Part shown: piece after piece, positions 11,287 to 22,830 of the stretch
Position numbering within the stretch: position 1 is the first letter of the stretch
Layout: every line of letters begins with the position of its first letter
From: Trypanosoma brucei
Taxonomy: Eukaryota
Direction of reading: 5' to 3'
Assembly (NCBI GenBank): GCA_000002445.1
Contig: CP000069.1
Coordinates: 448,001-512,000, forward strand
DNA: 64,000 nucleotides
Position numbers and translations under genes: made by a program
Notes under the pieces: generated by a model
Database searches by the model: none
Seen by the model: only the letters and a program-made list of their open reading frames with translations
Told to the model about the DNA's origin: nothing

Positions 11287-11886
11287 GGTACGACAGCCGT
11301 CTTACACAACCTATACTTCCTCCCTTGCCTCTGTGCTTATCAATTTTATCGTTTGAAAACTATTCCGTACCGCCTGTGTTCGGTTTTTCCTCCGTTTGGC
11401 TACCGTTGGTCTTTATTTATTTATTGGTGGCTGCCTTAACTTGGAGATGAGCCGGTGGTTCCCGCGTCTTGCACTAAATCCTTCGTTGCTGTTGTTGTTA
11501 TTTCCCGATCCTTGTCTTATCTTCCGGGTCCCGATTCCTTCGCCTCACTTCACAACTAACAATGACAGCCCGCAAAGAGGAGGAGAGAGCCAGCAAAGGA
11601 ATAAGGAAATAAAGTTTAAGAGGGCAAAACATGTAAATTAGCAAAATAAATAATAAATAAAACCGCGCAGGTCCTCCCTTTTTGGTGAAGATGCAGAAGG
11701 AGGAGACATTTGGAGACGTGAATGTCAATGCAACAACGTACGGAACGAGCACACCGTTACATCTCTCATCCTCAAACGTTTCGAAAGTTCAGCGGTGTGG
11801 GTCCATCACCTTCTTTACGTGGGTGCACATTCACGGCCCCGCGGCCCCTTTTCGGTCTTTACTGACCATTGTTCATCGGTCAGTTT

Positions 11887-13329
11887 TTACTTCTCACTTA
11901 ATAATTCCAACCAGTTAACCACACCCTTCGGCACCTCCATGGAAAAGACGTCTCCCATGCAGTTAACAAAATGCAGTGTGTCCTCTGCATTCCTGAAACA
12001 TTTGTCCTCAGCGATAAATGTTGAAGTCACCTCAAAGTTCTCGGGTGACATCTTTATATTGCGTATATCCTCCAGAAACTTCTCTTCCTCCTTCATGTGT
12101 CGCGCAAATGATGCCATCACCCCTAAAAGCAGCGGATAGTCGCCCAAGTCTTTCATCCGCATGCCACTGCGGTAAAAATTTTGCAGCCACGGCTCATCGG
12201 CGATATCAAGAGAAAAGTGCCGCAGAATGTAAGGCATACCAGTAATCCTGAGGATTTTGTGTCTCAACTCGTCTGTACTCTCCTTATTATCGGATCTCTC
12301 GGCCATCCTACCTGCTTCCTCAATGCTAGCATCCGCCACTTGTAGACATCCCTGCAAGTGTTCATAATTTTTCGCATGGTAGTGTGTATAGAGAAGCTCA
12401 ACTCCCACTAAACGAGCATCGGTCGTCCACAACTGCTGTGGTGTATGCCAATGTGTCACCAGTTGTTCCGCGTAAGCTGCCAATGGGGGAACGCGGTAAG
12501 CTAAGAAACGTATGAACCGTCTCTGAGCCTCCACCGTGGGGTCTAAGTTCGCTTCAGCGAGGCAATGAATTGCGTCGATAGCTGTATTCATCTTCCGTGT
12601 GAGAGAAGCTGATATAATTACCGCGGACGCAGCCGTCTGATCCCAGCGAGCAGAGGAATGACTCATCCACAACCATAATGTTAACACCTTCCTGTGGTCT
12701 CCACCCCGAGCGAGAAACAACAACACCGCGCCATAGTCCCTTGGACTGACAAATGACTTACGCAGAGCGATGTTAAACGCATCCACAACATTTTGCCTAT
12801 CCTCAGCCAAGGTGTGATCGCTCAGCAAGCATAATGAGTTAATAAGCGTACCTGAGAGATGTGGCACCTCCCGTATTTCACGCATTAACATCTGCTTCAC
12901 CTCCCGTGCGTAATCTGTTTTCGCCACCTTTTCCGCAAGGGCGCAAAGAAGCTCACAACACATGCCCACCGATACCGGGCGAAGCGCGTCGGCTAATTGT
13001 AACAGAGTCTTCGCCTCAATGCCATTTTTAGAAGATAATAATTGCATGAGCTGCGTCCCTACTTCCCGGGCAGAGGGATGGGAAGAAAGCAACGCCACCA
13101 CCCGCCGTGGTTCCCTCTGCAAAAGATAACTTCGACCCAAGCCAGCAGCTATGGGGACAGGAAGCGGTGCAACGGGATATTTCTCACGGAATGCTGACGC
13201 AACTTTCTGCACAGCTGCGGCATCATCGGGTACAAACTCGCTGCCGCACAGCAACTGCTGGAAACTAAGCAGCCGTGTAGCGCATCGCCGCATACCCAAA
13301 CACAATCGAGGGTTCTTTCTACATAACAA
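11887..13329 (-). CDS. Hypothetical helical-repeat protein with a basic N-terminal presequence (possible mitochondrial targeting)
   Basis: 480-aa ORF. N-terminus MLCRKNPRLCLGMRRCATRLLSF is Arg-rich and amphipathic. The remainder is Leu/Ala-rich and helical. No family recognised with confidence. Confidence 0.65.
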   Translation of the reverse strand: MLCRKNPRLCLGMRRCATRLLSFQQLLCGSEFVPDDAAAVQKVASAFREKYPVAPLPVPIAAGLGRSYLLQREPRRVVALLSSHPSAREVGTQLMQLLSSKNGIEAKTLLQLADALRPVSVGMCCELLCALAEKVAKTDYAREVKQMLMREIREVPHLSGTLINSLCLLSDHTLAEDRQNVVDAFNIALRKSFVSPRDYGAVLLFLARGGDHRKVLTLWLWMSHSSARWDQTAASAVIISASLTRKMNTAIDAIHCLAEANLDPTVEAQRRFIRFLAYRVPPLAAYAEQLVTHWHTPQQLWTTDARLVGVELLYTHYHAKNYEHLQGCLQVADASIEEAGRMAERSDNKESTDELRHKILRITGMPYILRHFSLDIADEPWLQNFYRSGMRMKDLGDYPLLLGVMASFARHMKEEEKFLEDIRNIKMSPENFEVTSTFIAEDKCFRNAEDTLHFVNCMGDVFSMEVPKGVVNWLELLSEK

Positions 13330-13775
13330 TGTGGGGAAATCATTGTACGTTTGAATAAGGGTGAAGCTGATATTGAAGAAAACAACAGCGCGACTTCCAG
13401 GAAAACATATCTATTACACTGTAAACGAAAAATAAACATGAACAAACAATAATCTTCCCGAGGTGATTGTGTGTGTATGCGCGTGCGGGAAGAGTGTTGA
13501 GAGAGCCAAACAGATGTGCCCCTGCCCACACGGGTGTACACGCAATAAAATGAATGAAATTGGTCCCACGGGCCTACGGGGGTGACAAAAGTAACCTGAT
13601 TTATTTAATCACGATTGCATCGGTCTAAAATAAAAGCTGTGAAGTTCTAAATCGTTTCCCTAGTTGGAGAAAATACCTTCCCACCTGCTTAATTTGGACA
13701 TGGCAACCCCATGTTGCACATTCCTCCGCCATTCAAGCAAAGGACGAGAGGAGGCGCGTGAGATACTAACAAAGA

Positions 13776-14402
13776 TTACCTAGCTCCCAAGACAGAAGCA
13801 ACTTTCCTTCTATCCTCATCATCCATCCTTTCCCAAAGGCAGCGTACAGTTTGGGGATCGCGAAGGTCGTACATCGAAAGTGTCTCTCCAACGGCTTCCT
13901 CAAGAAGCTCCACGACAGCGGAAATGCGTGCCAACATGGCTTGATGTTGCCTCCACTTAGCAGTGGATTGATTTGCATTGTCACCCTTCGAAAGCTCAAC
14001 GAACTTGTCGACCAACGCAGTGCAAAGTTTGCACACACGTGCCAGTGTTTCATCTACGTCACTACTTGTGTTGTACCCAAACCACTTCGCTGGGAGGAGG
14101 CCTTCAACCTCCTCAGGGGAAATACATTGTGCCACATTCTCTTCCCAGTGGCTCTCTCGTTCTGTCCATGAGAGGTCCCATGAGCGTATGTCTATTTCAG
14201 CTGCAGGATTGAAAAGAACTGTGCTTGTGGTGCGTCTGTCCCACTCTTGAAGGAGATGATTCCTGATGACGTCGAGGTCACGGGCGGATGACTCGGGGCC
14301 GGTGACAGATGCATCGTACGGGTTAATGGTATTCATTTTCCTGCAGCCAGTCATCCGCTCAGGATCTAATGTGTATGGTAGAATGGAATGCATTGTGCAC
14401 AA
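13776..14402 (-). CDS. Hypothetical protein (208 aa)
   Basis: Co-oriented ORF with balanced composition. A second ORF (13766..14053) in another frame overlaps it, but the longer frame is preferred. No motif recognised. Confidence 0.5.
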   Translation of the reverse strand: MCTMHSILPYTLDPERMTGCRKMNTINPYDASVTGPESSARDLDVIRNHLLQEWDRRTTSTVLFNPAAEIDIRSWDLSWTERESHWEENVAQCISPEEVEGLLPAKWFGYNTSSDVDETLARVCKLCTALVDKFVELSKGDNANQSTAKWRQHQAMLARISAVVELLEEAVGETLSMYDLRDPQTVRCLWERMDDEDRRKVASVLGAR

Positions 14403-14934
14403 TGATCTTTTTCTTTTTTTAAAAAAAAGACAAGGAACGGTTACAATAGAAACACCAACTATAGTAAACTACTTTTTCTCTAAAAACAATGAGTGAAAAA
14501 CTTTAACTTATTGCACCCTAAAGGGGGAAGGGAAAGTACGACACACCGTATGTGTCTTTTTTTTTCCTGCTATTTTAAGGGGTAAGAAGCACAAGGAAAA
14601 AAGAGGGCGAAGCATTAGAGTGGCGTAAGAACAGAAAATAAAGTGTAACGATGGTATTCCGGAGGCAGAAACGCTCTGAAAAACGGGGAGGAAGCGCGGA
14701 ATCAGAGATAAAACAAAATGTAAACGATGCACATCCGCACAGCAGGGGCCGTTACGCAGACCTACCCAAGTAGGCAAAAAACAATCGTGAAGACCATAAA
14801 AACAAGTGAAAAAATATATGTAGAAACAACGTGTGGTAAACGGAGTGCATCTGTAAGTATAATTCTGTGCGATGTATTTCCCAATAGATAGAAAAAAAAC
14901 AGTACGGAGAAAAGAGAAGAATATAAGTTGGTCA

Positions 14935-14936
<2 letters not shown>

Positions 14937-14966
<30 letters not shown>
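14937..14966. repeat. (AT)15 microsatellite
   Basis: Direct reading of atatat... over 30 nt. Confidence 0.95.
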
Positions 14967-14970
<4 letters not shown>

Positions 14971-15492
14971 GAAAATAAAGTTTCACCGAGAAGTCATGCA
15001 TGGACCCACCACAAAGTGACAAGGATGGCCACCATCATTTGAGTGGTAAGGCGCAGGGAGCTGGACATAATGGTCATTAGCGTCACACCCAGAGACTTAC
15101 GTGGCGCTTCAGCAACGCATTTAAGGCGGTAATGCAGCTCAACATATCTCTGCTCGAGGTTATCAAATTCCTCCTCCGTCACCTCCATGCAGCGAATGGA
15201 AAGCTGAATCGCAGAAGCTATTTTGCCTAAAAGAGAGAAACCACGCAACAAGAAAAAACAGAGACAACAATGGGTAATTTAGAAGGAACCTGTCACACAC
15301 CTACAGCCCAAAACTGCCGCAAAGCTGACTTCCTTTCAGTCCTCTTCAATTAAAAACAGTTTGAGACCACTCACTTGTGGTACTGTACCCTCTTCCATAT
15401 ATATATATATATACCCTATGGGTGCCAAAACCTATGAAAAAAAGAAAACTCCAAAGACTGAAGGATGAAAATGAATGGCAGCAACACTCCTT

Positions 15493-17202
15493 TTACCACA
15501 GTGTGGAGGTCCTGCGTAAGCTTGCCGCGGGAACAAATTCCTCTGGAGGCAGCAGATCCTTCGTAACGGGGCAACGATACAAAACGCGTACTTCAGGACC
15601 GCGATGTGGCATGGGTGATGAATGAGAGGCTTCATTCGATTTTTCCCTGATTTGTTTTTCTAAGGCTGCCTTGTAAGCTTCCCTTTTTTGCTTGGCTTTC
15701 CGGTTCTCTTCCTCTGTATACCGTTTAGTCTCCGAAATAGTTTCCTGAAGAAGGCGTTTCTCCTCTTCCAGAGCCCTATCCTTTGCTGCACGTTGTGCCT
15801 CCCGACTGGAGGCAATGTGTTTTTCTAAGTTGTCATAGAACTCTTGCTCTCTTTTCAGCCGGTTTTTCTCCTCCCTCTCATGAGCTGAGTAAAGCAAAAA
15901 TTTATCATGGCACTCATTTGCAGAGCTAACTTTCTTCAGGCCCTCTTTCTTCTTGCTTGCATCTCGCGTAACCATGGACATGGCTTTTTGTCTCTTCAGC
16001 TTTTCAGCTCTTCGACTTTGCTTTTCTTCCCGCTCGATTCGCTCTATGTATTGATTAAACTTCTTTTCACCCTCTATTCTTTCCAGCCTCTCTCCCTTGC
16101 GGATTCTCTCAGCTTGCTCAGCTAGTTGCTTGTTCACCTCAGCAAGCTTACGACATTCATTCCATCTAACTGAAGGGTTGTCACCCTCGAAGCGAAAAAA
16201 ACATTCAGTTGGTTGACCAAATGAGAGCGCTGCCGCGCCCTCCTCGACTGCACCATCGTCACTCCCGCGAGCCGCTTGTAAAGACGGATTTCTTCCCACA
16301 TCGTGGGCGTATCTTTTCCCACCGAAAGAAACACCCTTGCCTCCACCATAGTTCCATGCTGCCTCCATGGCACGCTGACGTTGGCGTTCATCCCTTTTTT
16401 TCTCAGCAAGTTCACGATTTGCATCCATTAGCGCTACACATCGATCCCGTTGAATACGCTTTCTCCTTGTATCATTATTCCACGGAAAAGGCTCGTAGTG
16501 CAGATCCCAGGCCGCTCCTTCAACTGGCTCCCCCTTTTTATGATTATCTAGTGATTCAAACGCTGCCTGCTGCAGTTGGTCTCGTAAGGCCTTCTTTCCT
16601 TCTATGGTTTTCTCGGGATCTAACGCATTACATGCCACGGTGTAACTTTCTATTCCGTTTGCTTCAGTCTCCATGCGCCGGCGTTGCTGAGCCTCACGTT
16701 CAGCTCTTGTGCGGTGCGCTTGCTCCATATTTACCTCTTGTAAACTCTTCAGTAGCCTTTGCTTGCACTTCGCGTCGTCCCTTTCACCCCAAGCATCAAC
16801 CTCATGACGGTGGCACCGGTGACGCACCTTCTCTCCCATTGCTCGTTGCTTTTTCACTTCTGCCAGCTGCATGTTGATCGCGTTTCTCGACGGTATCTTG
16901 GCATCGTATATGAGGTACTCTACATTAGGGCGATTATTTTTCCCAACTACTGTCATGACTTCACCACTGAACTCAGCCATGGGCGCGCGAGGGGCTTGCA
17001 GTTCCTTTTTTGTGTTTACCGCAGTTGCAATCCGCGCGACCTTTTGACTCACAGGCGGCCGTCTGCACGGGGACATGACGCGATGGGTGTTCCGCACCGC
17101 CTGCGCTTTTGGTTGAGGTGGTACGGGGTCATTGGGAATCGAAACCTTCAAGTGCTGAAGAAGTGCAAACTCCTGCGACGCGCATTCCATAGGGTTGTCC
17201 AA
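15493..17202 (-). CDS. Highly charged coiled-coil protein (569 aa), E/R/K-rich, possibly a TPH-like ciliary or flagellar protein
   Basis: Repetitive ER..RE..K segments such as ERIRKGERLERIEGEKKFNQYIERIEREEKQSRRAEKLKRQ. Co-oriented long ORF. Confidence 0.65.
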   Translation of the reverse strand: MDNPMECASQEFALLQHLKVSIPNDPVPPQPKAQAVRNTHRVMSPCRRPPVSQKVARIATAVNTKKELQAPRAPMAEFSGEVMTVVGKNNRPNVEYLIYDAKIPSRNAINMQLAEVKKQRAMGEKVRHRCHRHEVDAWGERDDAKCKQRLLKSLQEVNMEQAHRTRAEREAQQRRRMETEANGIESYTVACNALDPEKTIEGKKALRDQLQQAAFESLDNHKKGEPVEGAAWDLHYEPFPWNNDTRRKRIQRDRCVALMDANRELAEKKRDERQRQRAMEAAWNYGGGKGVSFGGKRYAHDVGRNPSLQAARGSDDGAVEEGAAALSFGQPTECFFRFEGDNPSVRWNECRKLAEVNKQLAEQAERIRKGERLERIEGEKKFNQYIERIEREEKQSRRAEKLKRQKAMSMVTRDASKKKEGLKKVSSANECHDKFLLYSAHEREEKNRLKREQEFYDNLEKHIASSREAQRAAKDRALEEEKRLLQETISETKRYTEEENRKAKQKREAYKAALEKQIREKSNEASHSSPMPHRGPEVRVLYRCPVTKDLLPPEEFVPAASLRRTSTLW

Positions 17203-17836
17203 TGAAGGAGTGGAGACAATTCGTACAGGTGCTTAAAAATCTTTCCTATTTTTTAAAGAAAAAGAAGAAAGGAAGGAAGGAAGAGAATTACAAAAATCGA
17301 AGTGTTTTTTTTTTAAAATTTCATGCATTCGTGGAGTAACGCAAGCGTCGCTACCTCAGGAACCAGTCAGTGGTGGAGGGGTTATGAAATTGTATACAAC
17401 ACGCAGAGGGGAAGAGCGGAGGATGTGAAAAATAAACACACAGTCGCTCAGCCTCGCATACGGACACCAGAAGCTGTGGCAAATGCATTGCAAATTGAGC
17501 AAAAAGGACCCATTTCTTCGACCCATGGAAGCTGCGGTCCTCCCAACTGCAATGCGTGCGCATACGTGTCTCTGGTATACGTGTGTGTGGGGAAGGGGTA
17601 GAGGGCTATGTTTTTTCTAAAAACAAAAAAAAAAGAAAAGAGAGAAAGGTGAAAACACACTTTAAAAGGGAAACGAGAACGCCTCGTTGCGTCGCGAGCA
17701 CCCAAAGTTTACGAAGGATTTTGGTATTCAGCAGGACACCAATATAACAAAGGTTAAGATCAAGTTCCCATCATCCGTTGTACGTAAGCATTGTCAACAA
17801 CGGCGCAACCAGCTTGCTCACAGAATGTTTTTTTTC

Positions 17837-19183
17837 CTATTTTTGCAGCAAGTGTTTTTTTACTAGTTCGCACATCCTACGATACTTCAACTTCATAACT
17901 TCCTCCTCTGAGGGAAGCTTGGCATTAGCGACGAGATGGCGCTCACCACACTCATTCGCGTTCACATCAACTTTATCGTACAATACACTGTAAAAAAAAT
18001 TTCTCAAAGTCTTCAAGAGAATACCCTGCGACCATGCAAATCCATGGCTCGCTTCACCGGGCATAATTAATGGTCGTGACACGTACATATCCAACTGCTG
18101 CAACTCCACGGTCCTGTTCCCGACAATAGTCAAGATGCAGCCGCTATTCTTGTTCACATCACAGAAATGCGGAGCTGAAAAGAGGAAAATGTAGCTGGGC
18201 ACGCGAAGGCCCTTACGTATCCTGCCAAACATCCAACCAGGAAGATACCTGGACTCTCTGTACCGGTCAAAACTCATAAAGTTTTCCGAGCGCTCACTCG
18301 ACGCGTGGAATTCGATACCAGCAATGTGGGTGAATAAGTCGTTGCGCAACAGAAAGTTACACAACGCGTTATGGGTGTACCTCAGACAATTTCCTGTTGC
18401 CGTGTGTGAGCCGACGAAGGCGCAACCGGCGTAAAGCTTGTCCTCCTCCTCGTTCATGGGTTGATTTTGAACAAACTCATTTAACCGCAGCCGTGAGCGC
18501 TCCCTGGAAATTTCTTCTGTGAAACGGTACGTAGAAGCAATCCCACTGGACGAACAGAAAAAACGCTTATTTATAATGCAGGCTACAGGGAGCGTGGAAA
18601 AGAAGCGTCGCACCGTTTCTTCAATGGAATCCAGTGGAACATCACAGTGTATTGAGCGCAGGCGGAGCTCTGCTCGCAACGATCCGAAATCTCCCGGGGG
18701 GAACGGGTAGAACATTTCGTGGCGTCCAACCAGCGGTGTAACAGAGGGAAGGTCCAGCATACAAAGGGCGAGCATGTACAAAACCTCAACGGAGTGATGG
18801 CCGCCGTCCACGTAGTTGCCGAGGAAAACAAGATTCAGCTTTCCTTGTATTGCCCTACTTAAGACGTGCGTATCTAAACAGTGAGCCAAGTCTGCGGCGT
18901 GCCCTCTGCATGGACCTATGACGACTGTGTCACCAGAAACTTCCTCGAGTGGGCGACCACCATCGCGACGTGAAGCGGCCGCCGAAAGCACCTTAAGGAA
19001 CTCCACCGTCGCAACACATTCGCCGCGCAGCACCGACTTCACTGCCTCTCCTATATGTAGATGTGCTTCTGTCGATACAGATGGCATCCGCACAATCCTA
19101 ATCCAATACTTATACCGTGGGCAAAGAGAGAAAAATATCAAGGAAGAAGGTAAAATGGACATAACAGGGAAAGAGTTCTCCAT
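17837..19183 (-). CDS. PPP-family Ser/Thr phosphatase-like protein with substituted metal-binding motifs (candidate pseudophosphatase)
   Basis: Calcineurin-like metallophosphatase fold motifs are recognisable but altered: IGPCRGH in place of GDxHG, GNYVDGG in place of GDYVDRG, and GRHE in place of GNHE. 448-aa ORF. Confidence 0.7.
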   Translation of the reverse strand: MENSFPVMSILPSSLIFFSLCPRYKYWIRIVRMPSVSTEAHLHIGEAVKSVLRGECVATVEFLKVLSAAASRRDGGRPLEEVSGDTVVIGPCRGHAADLAHCLDTHVLSRAIQGKLNLVFLGNYVDGGHHSVEVLYMLALCMLDLPSVTPLVGRHEMFYPFPPGDFGSLRAELRLRSIHCDVPLDSIEETVRRFFSTLPVACIINKRFFCSSSGIASTYRFTEEISRERSRLRLNEFVQNQPMNEEEDKLYAGCAFVGSHTATGNCLRYTHNALCNFLLRNDLFTHIAGIEFHASSERSENFMSFDRYRESRYLPGWMFGRIRKGLRVPSYIFLFSAPHFCDVNKNSGCILTIVGNRTVELQQLDMYVSRPLIMPGEASHGFAWSQGILLKTLRNFFYSVLYDKVDVNANECGERHLVANAKLPSEEEVMKLKYRRMCELVKKHLLQK

Positions 19184-19295
19184 ATACTGTTTTTAATGCG
19201 CAAAACTTGTATTTTAAAATTTGTTGCATATCCGAGTATGCACGTACACGGAGGAGGTGGTTGGTGTACTCCCTCAGCCGGCTTCCTAGCTGTCA

Positions 19296-19616
19296 TTATG
19301 CCTTTGGCGTCTGGTGCAAAGAATCAATAGTGTCGTAGTACACAGACAACAGTTCAGACACCTCCAAGTAGAGATTGCACACCCTTTGCGTTGGAGCCAC
19401 AACACTGTAAGTCTGCATGACGTCCAGCACCGGCTGATTCCGTGCGGCACCGATGATGCGAAACTCAGAAAGAGTTTTACGACGGGAGTATGGGGTGAGC
19501 CGCAGCGAATGCAAGGCGTGTCGTGTATGCCTTGGAAAGGGCGAGAACTTGTAGTAGCTCTTCAAACTGTCAAGATTCCGCCGCAAATCGCAACGCTGCT
19601 TTTGTTTTCGAGTCAT
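19296..19616 (-). CDS. Small hypothetical basic protein (106 aa)
   Basis: Co-oriented ORF between two confident genes. Basic N-terminus. Uncertain whether it is real. Confidence 0.3.
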   Translation of the reverse strand: MTRKQKQRCDLRRNLDSLKSYYKFSPFPRHTRHALHSLRLTPYSRRKTLSEFRIIGAARNQPVLDVMQTYSVVAPTQRVCNLYLEVSELLSVYYDTIDSLHQTPKA

Positions 19617-19932
19617 TCCTTTCGCTATGCTAGTTGATGTTGACTAGACATATTGGTGCAATCAATCAAAATAGTAAGGGGTAGTCTTCTCTTTCTTTCT
19701 TCAGTTGGGAAAAATTGAATAGGTGCACGCACGAGCCCCGCCCTGCTGTACAATGCTGCCCACCCCCTCCCCCCAGAACACGAAAGGTAAATGATAAACA
19801 GTGAAAAAGGTTCATATCATAACCTTCTCCTTCGCTAGTGAGTGAACAGGTCCCAGTGCGGAGTTATGAGTATACTTACCCGCGCACGTACCCTATTTTT
19901 TTTTCTCAACAGACCGACCGTACCGGGGATCG

Positions 19933-21429
19933 CTACATTACCCCCACGGCACCGCTAGACGCACCGCGTGACATTCCTTCCATCCTACGTTTCAGTAGAT
20001 ACTGTTTCTGGCGTGTCCTTTGGTAATCGTAGCGCCACACGAGCTCCTGATGGTAGTGATCCACCACACCCTGTGGGTTCCGTCCTGAGAGGAACCCAAT
20101 CTTGTATAATTTTCGCTCGAAGTCACTTGAGGCATGCCACAACGGTCCCCAGCCAAGACCGGCTAGCTCACCAGAATTAATAAGAAAACGAAGAAACGAT
20201 CGATACTCGTACTCGTCAAAGTTGCCGATTTGAATCGGATGAAAGTGTGAATCCTTCTCCGGGTCATACGGTGCGTACTCATCCAAACTATTAGCGAAAC
20301 GGTCCGTTTCAACGTTCGGAAACCCGCTAATTCCATCAAACGGCTTAAAGTCCCTTGTTGTGCACGTAATGAAGAATTTGTTAGGGTCGTCACCGGAGAG
20401 GATCATTTTATTTAACCCACGAACGAAACTGAGCCGCGAGGCGGGGATGCGCGGAAGCTCTTGCGGGTAAAGGTCAATATCAGTTGAACTTTCGTTAAAA
20501 GAAGCCAAACCACGAAGAAAGTCTGGGTGCGGATACCGGAAGTGCGTCTCGTGCGAAAAGAGGTTCCAGCCGTCCACAACAATAACAACTGGAAGCTTCT
20601 TTTCTTCACTCAATTCGTCCATGAGAAATTTAACACACACACTTTGGCGATCAATTGAGGCCGGGGCCACGGCTCGGTGTCCCCACTCGCACAACTCATA
20701 GAGGTTTTGTGGTTGCCGTTCCCCTTGTTCGGTAGGCAGGTCCTTCGGAGTGCATCTCAATTTCCATGAGGTTAGTGTTGCACGATTGGCGACGGCAAAG
20801 TACTTCAAGAAGGAGCGTGCAGCATCCGGAGCATCAAAAAATCCGGGTAAAATAGTGCTTGGCCAACACCACTCTCCGTGAGTCCAAGCTTTCGCATCTG
20901 GAACATACAGCGTCACGATATTTCTACTTCGAGCGAAGTGCACCACTTGACACATCAGTGCACTCTTTCCGCATCCGGTTGGTCCGTCGACGATAAACCC
21001 TGTTCTGCCGTTCGTCAAAGAACTAAGCACAGAACGTTTGGTATGCCAATGCTGTACTTTGTCAACAAACAAATTAAGCAGGTGCGTTTCCTTACGATAC
21101 AAGAACCCCCTCGGGTGCCCAGGGGGCATCGTCTGAAATACTCTTCCTCCTAAACCTTCTGGAAAAAATTGTATCAACTCGTCGTTACCTACACAGTACA
21201 TCGAGTTAATGTCGTTAAAGCTAAGCTGCGTTGGGGTGAGCTGCGGCGGATGCGAGTACGTCCGGCTAACGGTTCGGACGGGAACACCGTTCTTTAACTT
21301 ACGTGTTTCCTTCAGGGGAATTGCACCATCCCACATTGCTACCGGTGCTTCACAGGCGTCTGTGTAACATGTGACGGGGGGGCGCATGTACATTGCAGCC
21401 AAGCTCTTCTTTAGGGTCTTGGAGCGCAT
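19933..21429 (-). CDS. Mitochondrial ribosomal protein mS29 / DAP3-like P-loop protein
   Basis: FIVDGPTGCGKSALMCQVVHFARSRNIVTLYVPDAKAW closely parallels the DAP3 P-loop region ([38 protein letters not shown]). LPVVIVVDGWNLF parallels HLLVAVDGINALW. Confidence 0.7.
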   Translation of the reverse strand: MRSKTLKKSLAAMYMRPPVTCYTDACEAPVAMWDGAIPLKETRKLKNGVPVRTVSRTYSHPPQLTPTQLSFNDINSMYCVGNDELIQFFPEGLGGRVFQTMPPGHPRGFLYRKETHLLNLFVDKVQHWHTKRSVLSSLTNGRTGFIVDGPTGCGKSALMCQVVHFARSRNIVTLYVPDAKAWTHGEWCWPSTILPGFFDAPDAARSFLKYFAVANRATLTSWKLRCTPKDLPTEQGERQPQNLYELCEWGHRAVAPASIDRQSVCVKFLMDELSEEKKLPVVIVVDGWNLFSHETHFRYPHPDFLRGLASFNESSTDIDLYPQELPRIPASRLSFVRGLNKMILSGDDPNKFFITCTTRDFKPFDGISGFPNVETDRFANSLDEYAPYDPEKDSHFHPIQIGNFDEYEYRSFLRFLINSGELAGLGWGPLWHASSDFERKLYKIGFLSGRNPQGVVDHYHQELVWRYDYQRTRQKQYLLKRRMEGMSRGASSGAVGVM

Positions 21430-21737
21430 CCCTTAGTGATTTATTGGCTTGACCTAAGTTGTCCAGCAGAAAGTAATACGGGGGGAAGTGGGAAAAATAT
21501 TTACGCACGATGAACCTCATGTAGTTCGGAGACGGTGATAGTGCAAGGGGCGTCTTTGGCCCCCCACGCACAACGTGATGCAAAAAAGTCTGAAGTCAAA
21601 AGCGTAGCTTCCTCCCTTTTCTCATCAACAGACGGCGATACACACACGCACATTTCTTTATTACTAGGGGTTTGAGTAAAACGAGAGAAAGAGCTGTCAC
21701 CACGGAGCGTGATAACCAATATGCACCCTTGTTGTGA

Positions 21738-22586
21738 CTACTGAGAAGTCATTAGGTTCTGGCATACCTTTGCAGAGCTACTGTAGGGAGGGTTTTGCAC
21801 AGCCAACTCAGCATATTTGGGGTCCTTTTCCATGCAATACGGAGTCATCGTCCACGGCACAGTTACATCTTCCGGTTCGCCTTGATGAAGAGCAATAGTC
21901 CTGATTAACCCACCGCTGGAACCGTCTCGACTGTACGCGTGCGCGACGGCGCGCTGACAGAAACGGATGCATTCTTCTTTCGTCATCCCCGGTTTGTAAT
22001 TGGCGTCGAAGAATGAATACAGGAAAACAGAACCACTTCCCCCCAGAGCATAGTCCAGCTTCACGCACGCACCACCGGTAGGAATGCTATAAACAGATCC
22101 CCCGTTCAAAGGATCATAACCAGCCACAATAATACCAGCGGTTATATTCCACTTGTTCATATAGCACAGCTTTTTGAATATATTGGCTGCTGTTGCAACA
22201 TTCACCGGCTGCGAAATATCTGTCTCATAGCTCTCTAGATAATTTGCTGTCTGCTCGGCGAGTGCCTGAGTGTCGGCGGCAGACCCACTCCGGCAGCAGT
22301 ATATCCTTTTGGCCAACTTCGTCAGCTTGTTGCTCGCGCGATTTACCACATAAGCTCCCGTGGAAGTTCGCGAATCAGCGGCCAGAACGACTCCATCCTT
22401 ATAAGAAACAGCCATGATGGTTGTTCCGAGTGAAACCGCCTCACTCAGTTGCGGGTCGAGGACTGCAGCATCTGGTTGGAAATATTCCCTTGCAGTTTGG
22501 GCTGGTCCATTTGCTGTCGGTTCATGCGCCAGCGTCAGCGGGTACGAGGGTTCGTGCAAGAGTGTACCGGGGGGGCGTCTCAACAT
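21738..22586 (-). CDS. 20S proteasome beta subunit, beta-1 (PSMB6-like)
   Basis: The Thr-active-site motif TTIMAVSYKDGVVLAADSRTSTGAYVVNRASNKLTKL matches the proteasome beta-1 consensus ([34 protein letters not shown]). A short propeptide precedes it. Confidence 0.9.
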   Translation of the reverse strand: MLRRPPGTLLHEPSYPLTLAHEPTANGPAQTAREYFQPDAAVLDPQLSEAVSLGTTIMAVSYKDGVVLAADSRTSTGAYVVNRASNKLTKLAKRIYCCRSGSAADTQALAEQTANYLESYETDISQPVNVATAANIFKKLCYMNKWNITAGIIVAGYDPLNGGSVYSIPTGGACVKLDYALGGSGSVFLYSFFDANYKPGMTKEECIRFCQRAVAHAYSRDGSSGGLIRTIALHQGEPEDVTVPWTMTPYCMEKDPKYAELAVQNPPYSSSAKVCQNLMTSQ

Positions 22587-22830
22587 TCTTTCTTATTTCT
22601 GGATTTCTTTGTGGGAAACTTTGTTAAACTCCGAAAAAAAAAATAGATGTCATAAGTATCGGCTAGTGAGACCGGGGGAGCGGTGTGACACTGACAGGGT
22701 TAACTAAGTGATGTTCCCACCACGCAAAAATAGTTGACAAGTTAAGCTCCACTATCGGCATTGGACTCTCCCCCCTTTTGGTTCTTCTTTTTCTCCGTGT
22801 TAAGAACAACTGGAGGACAAGAGGTACTTA

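Noticed and set aside
14994-15251. 85-aa co-oriented ORF between the 208-aa and 569-aa genes
   Set aside because: It is short, has no recognisable motif, and lies in a 1.1-kb intergenic region. It could be a real small protein, but the evidence is insufficient to call it.
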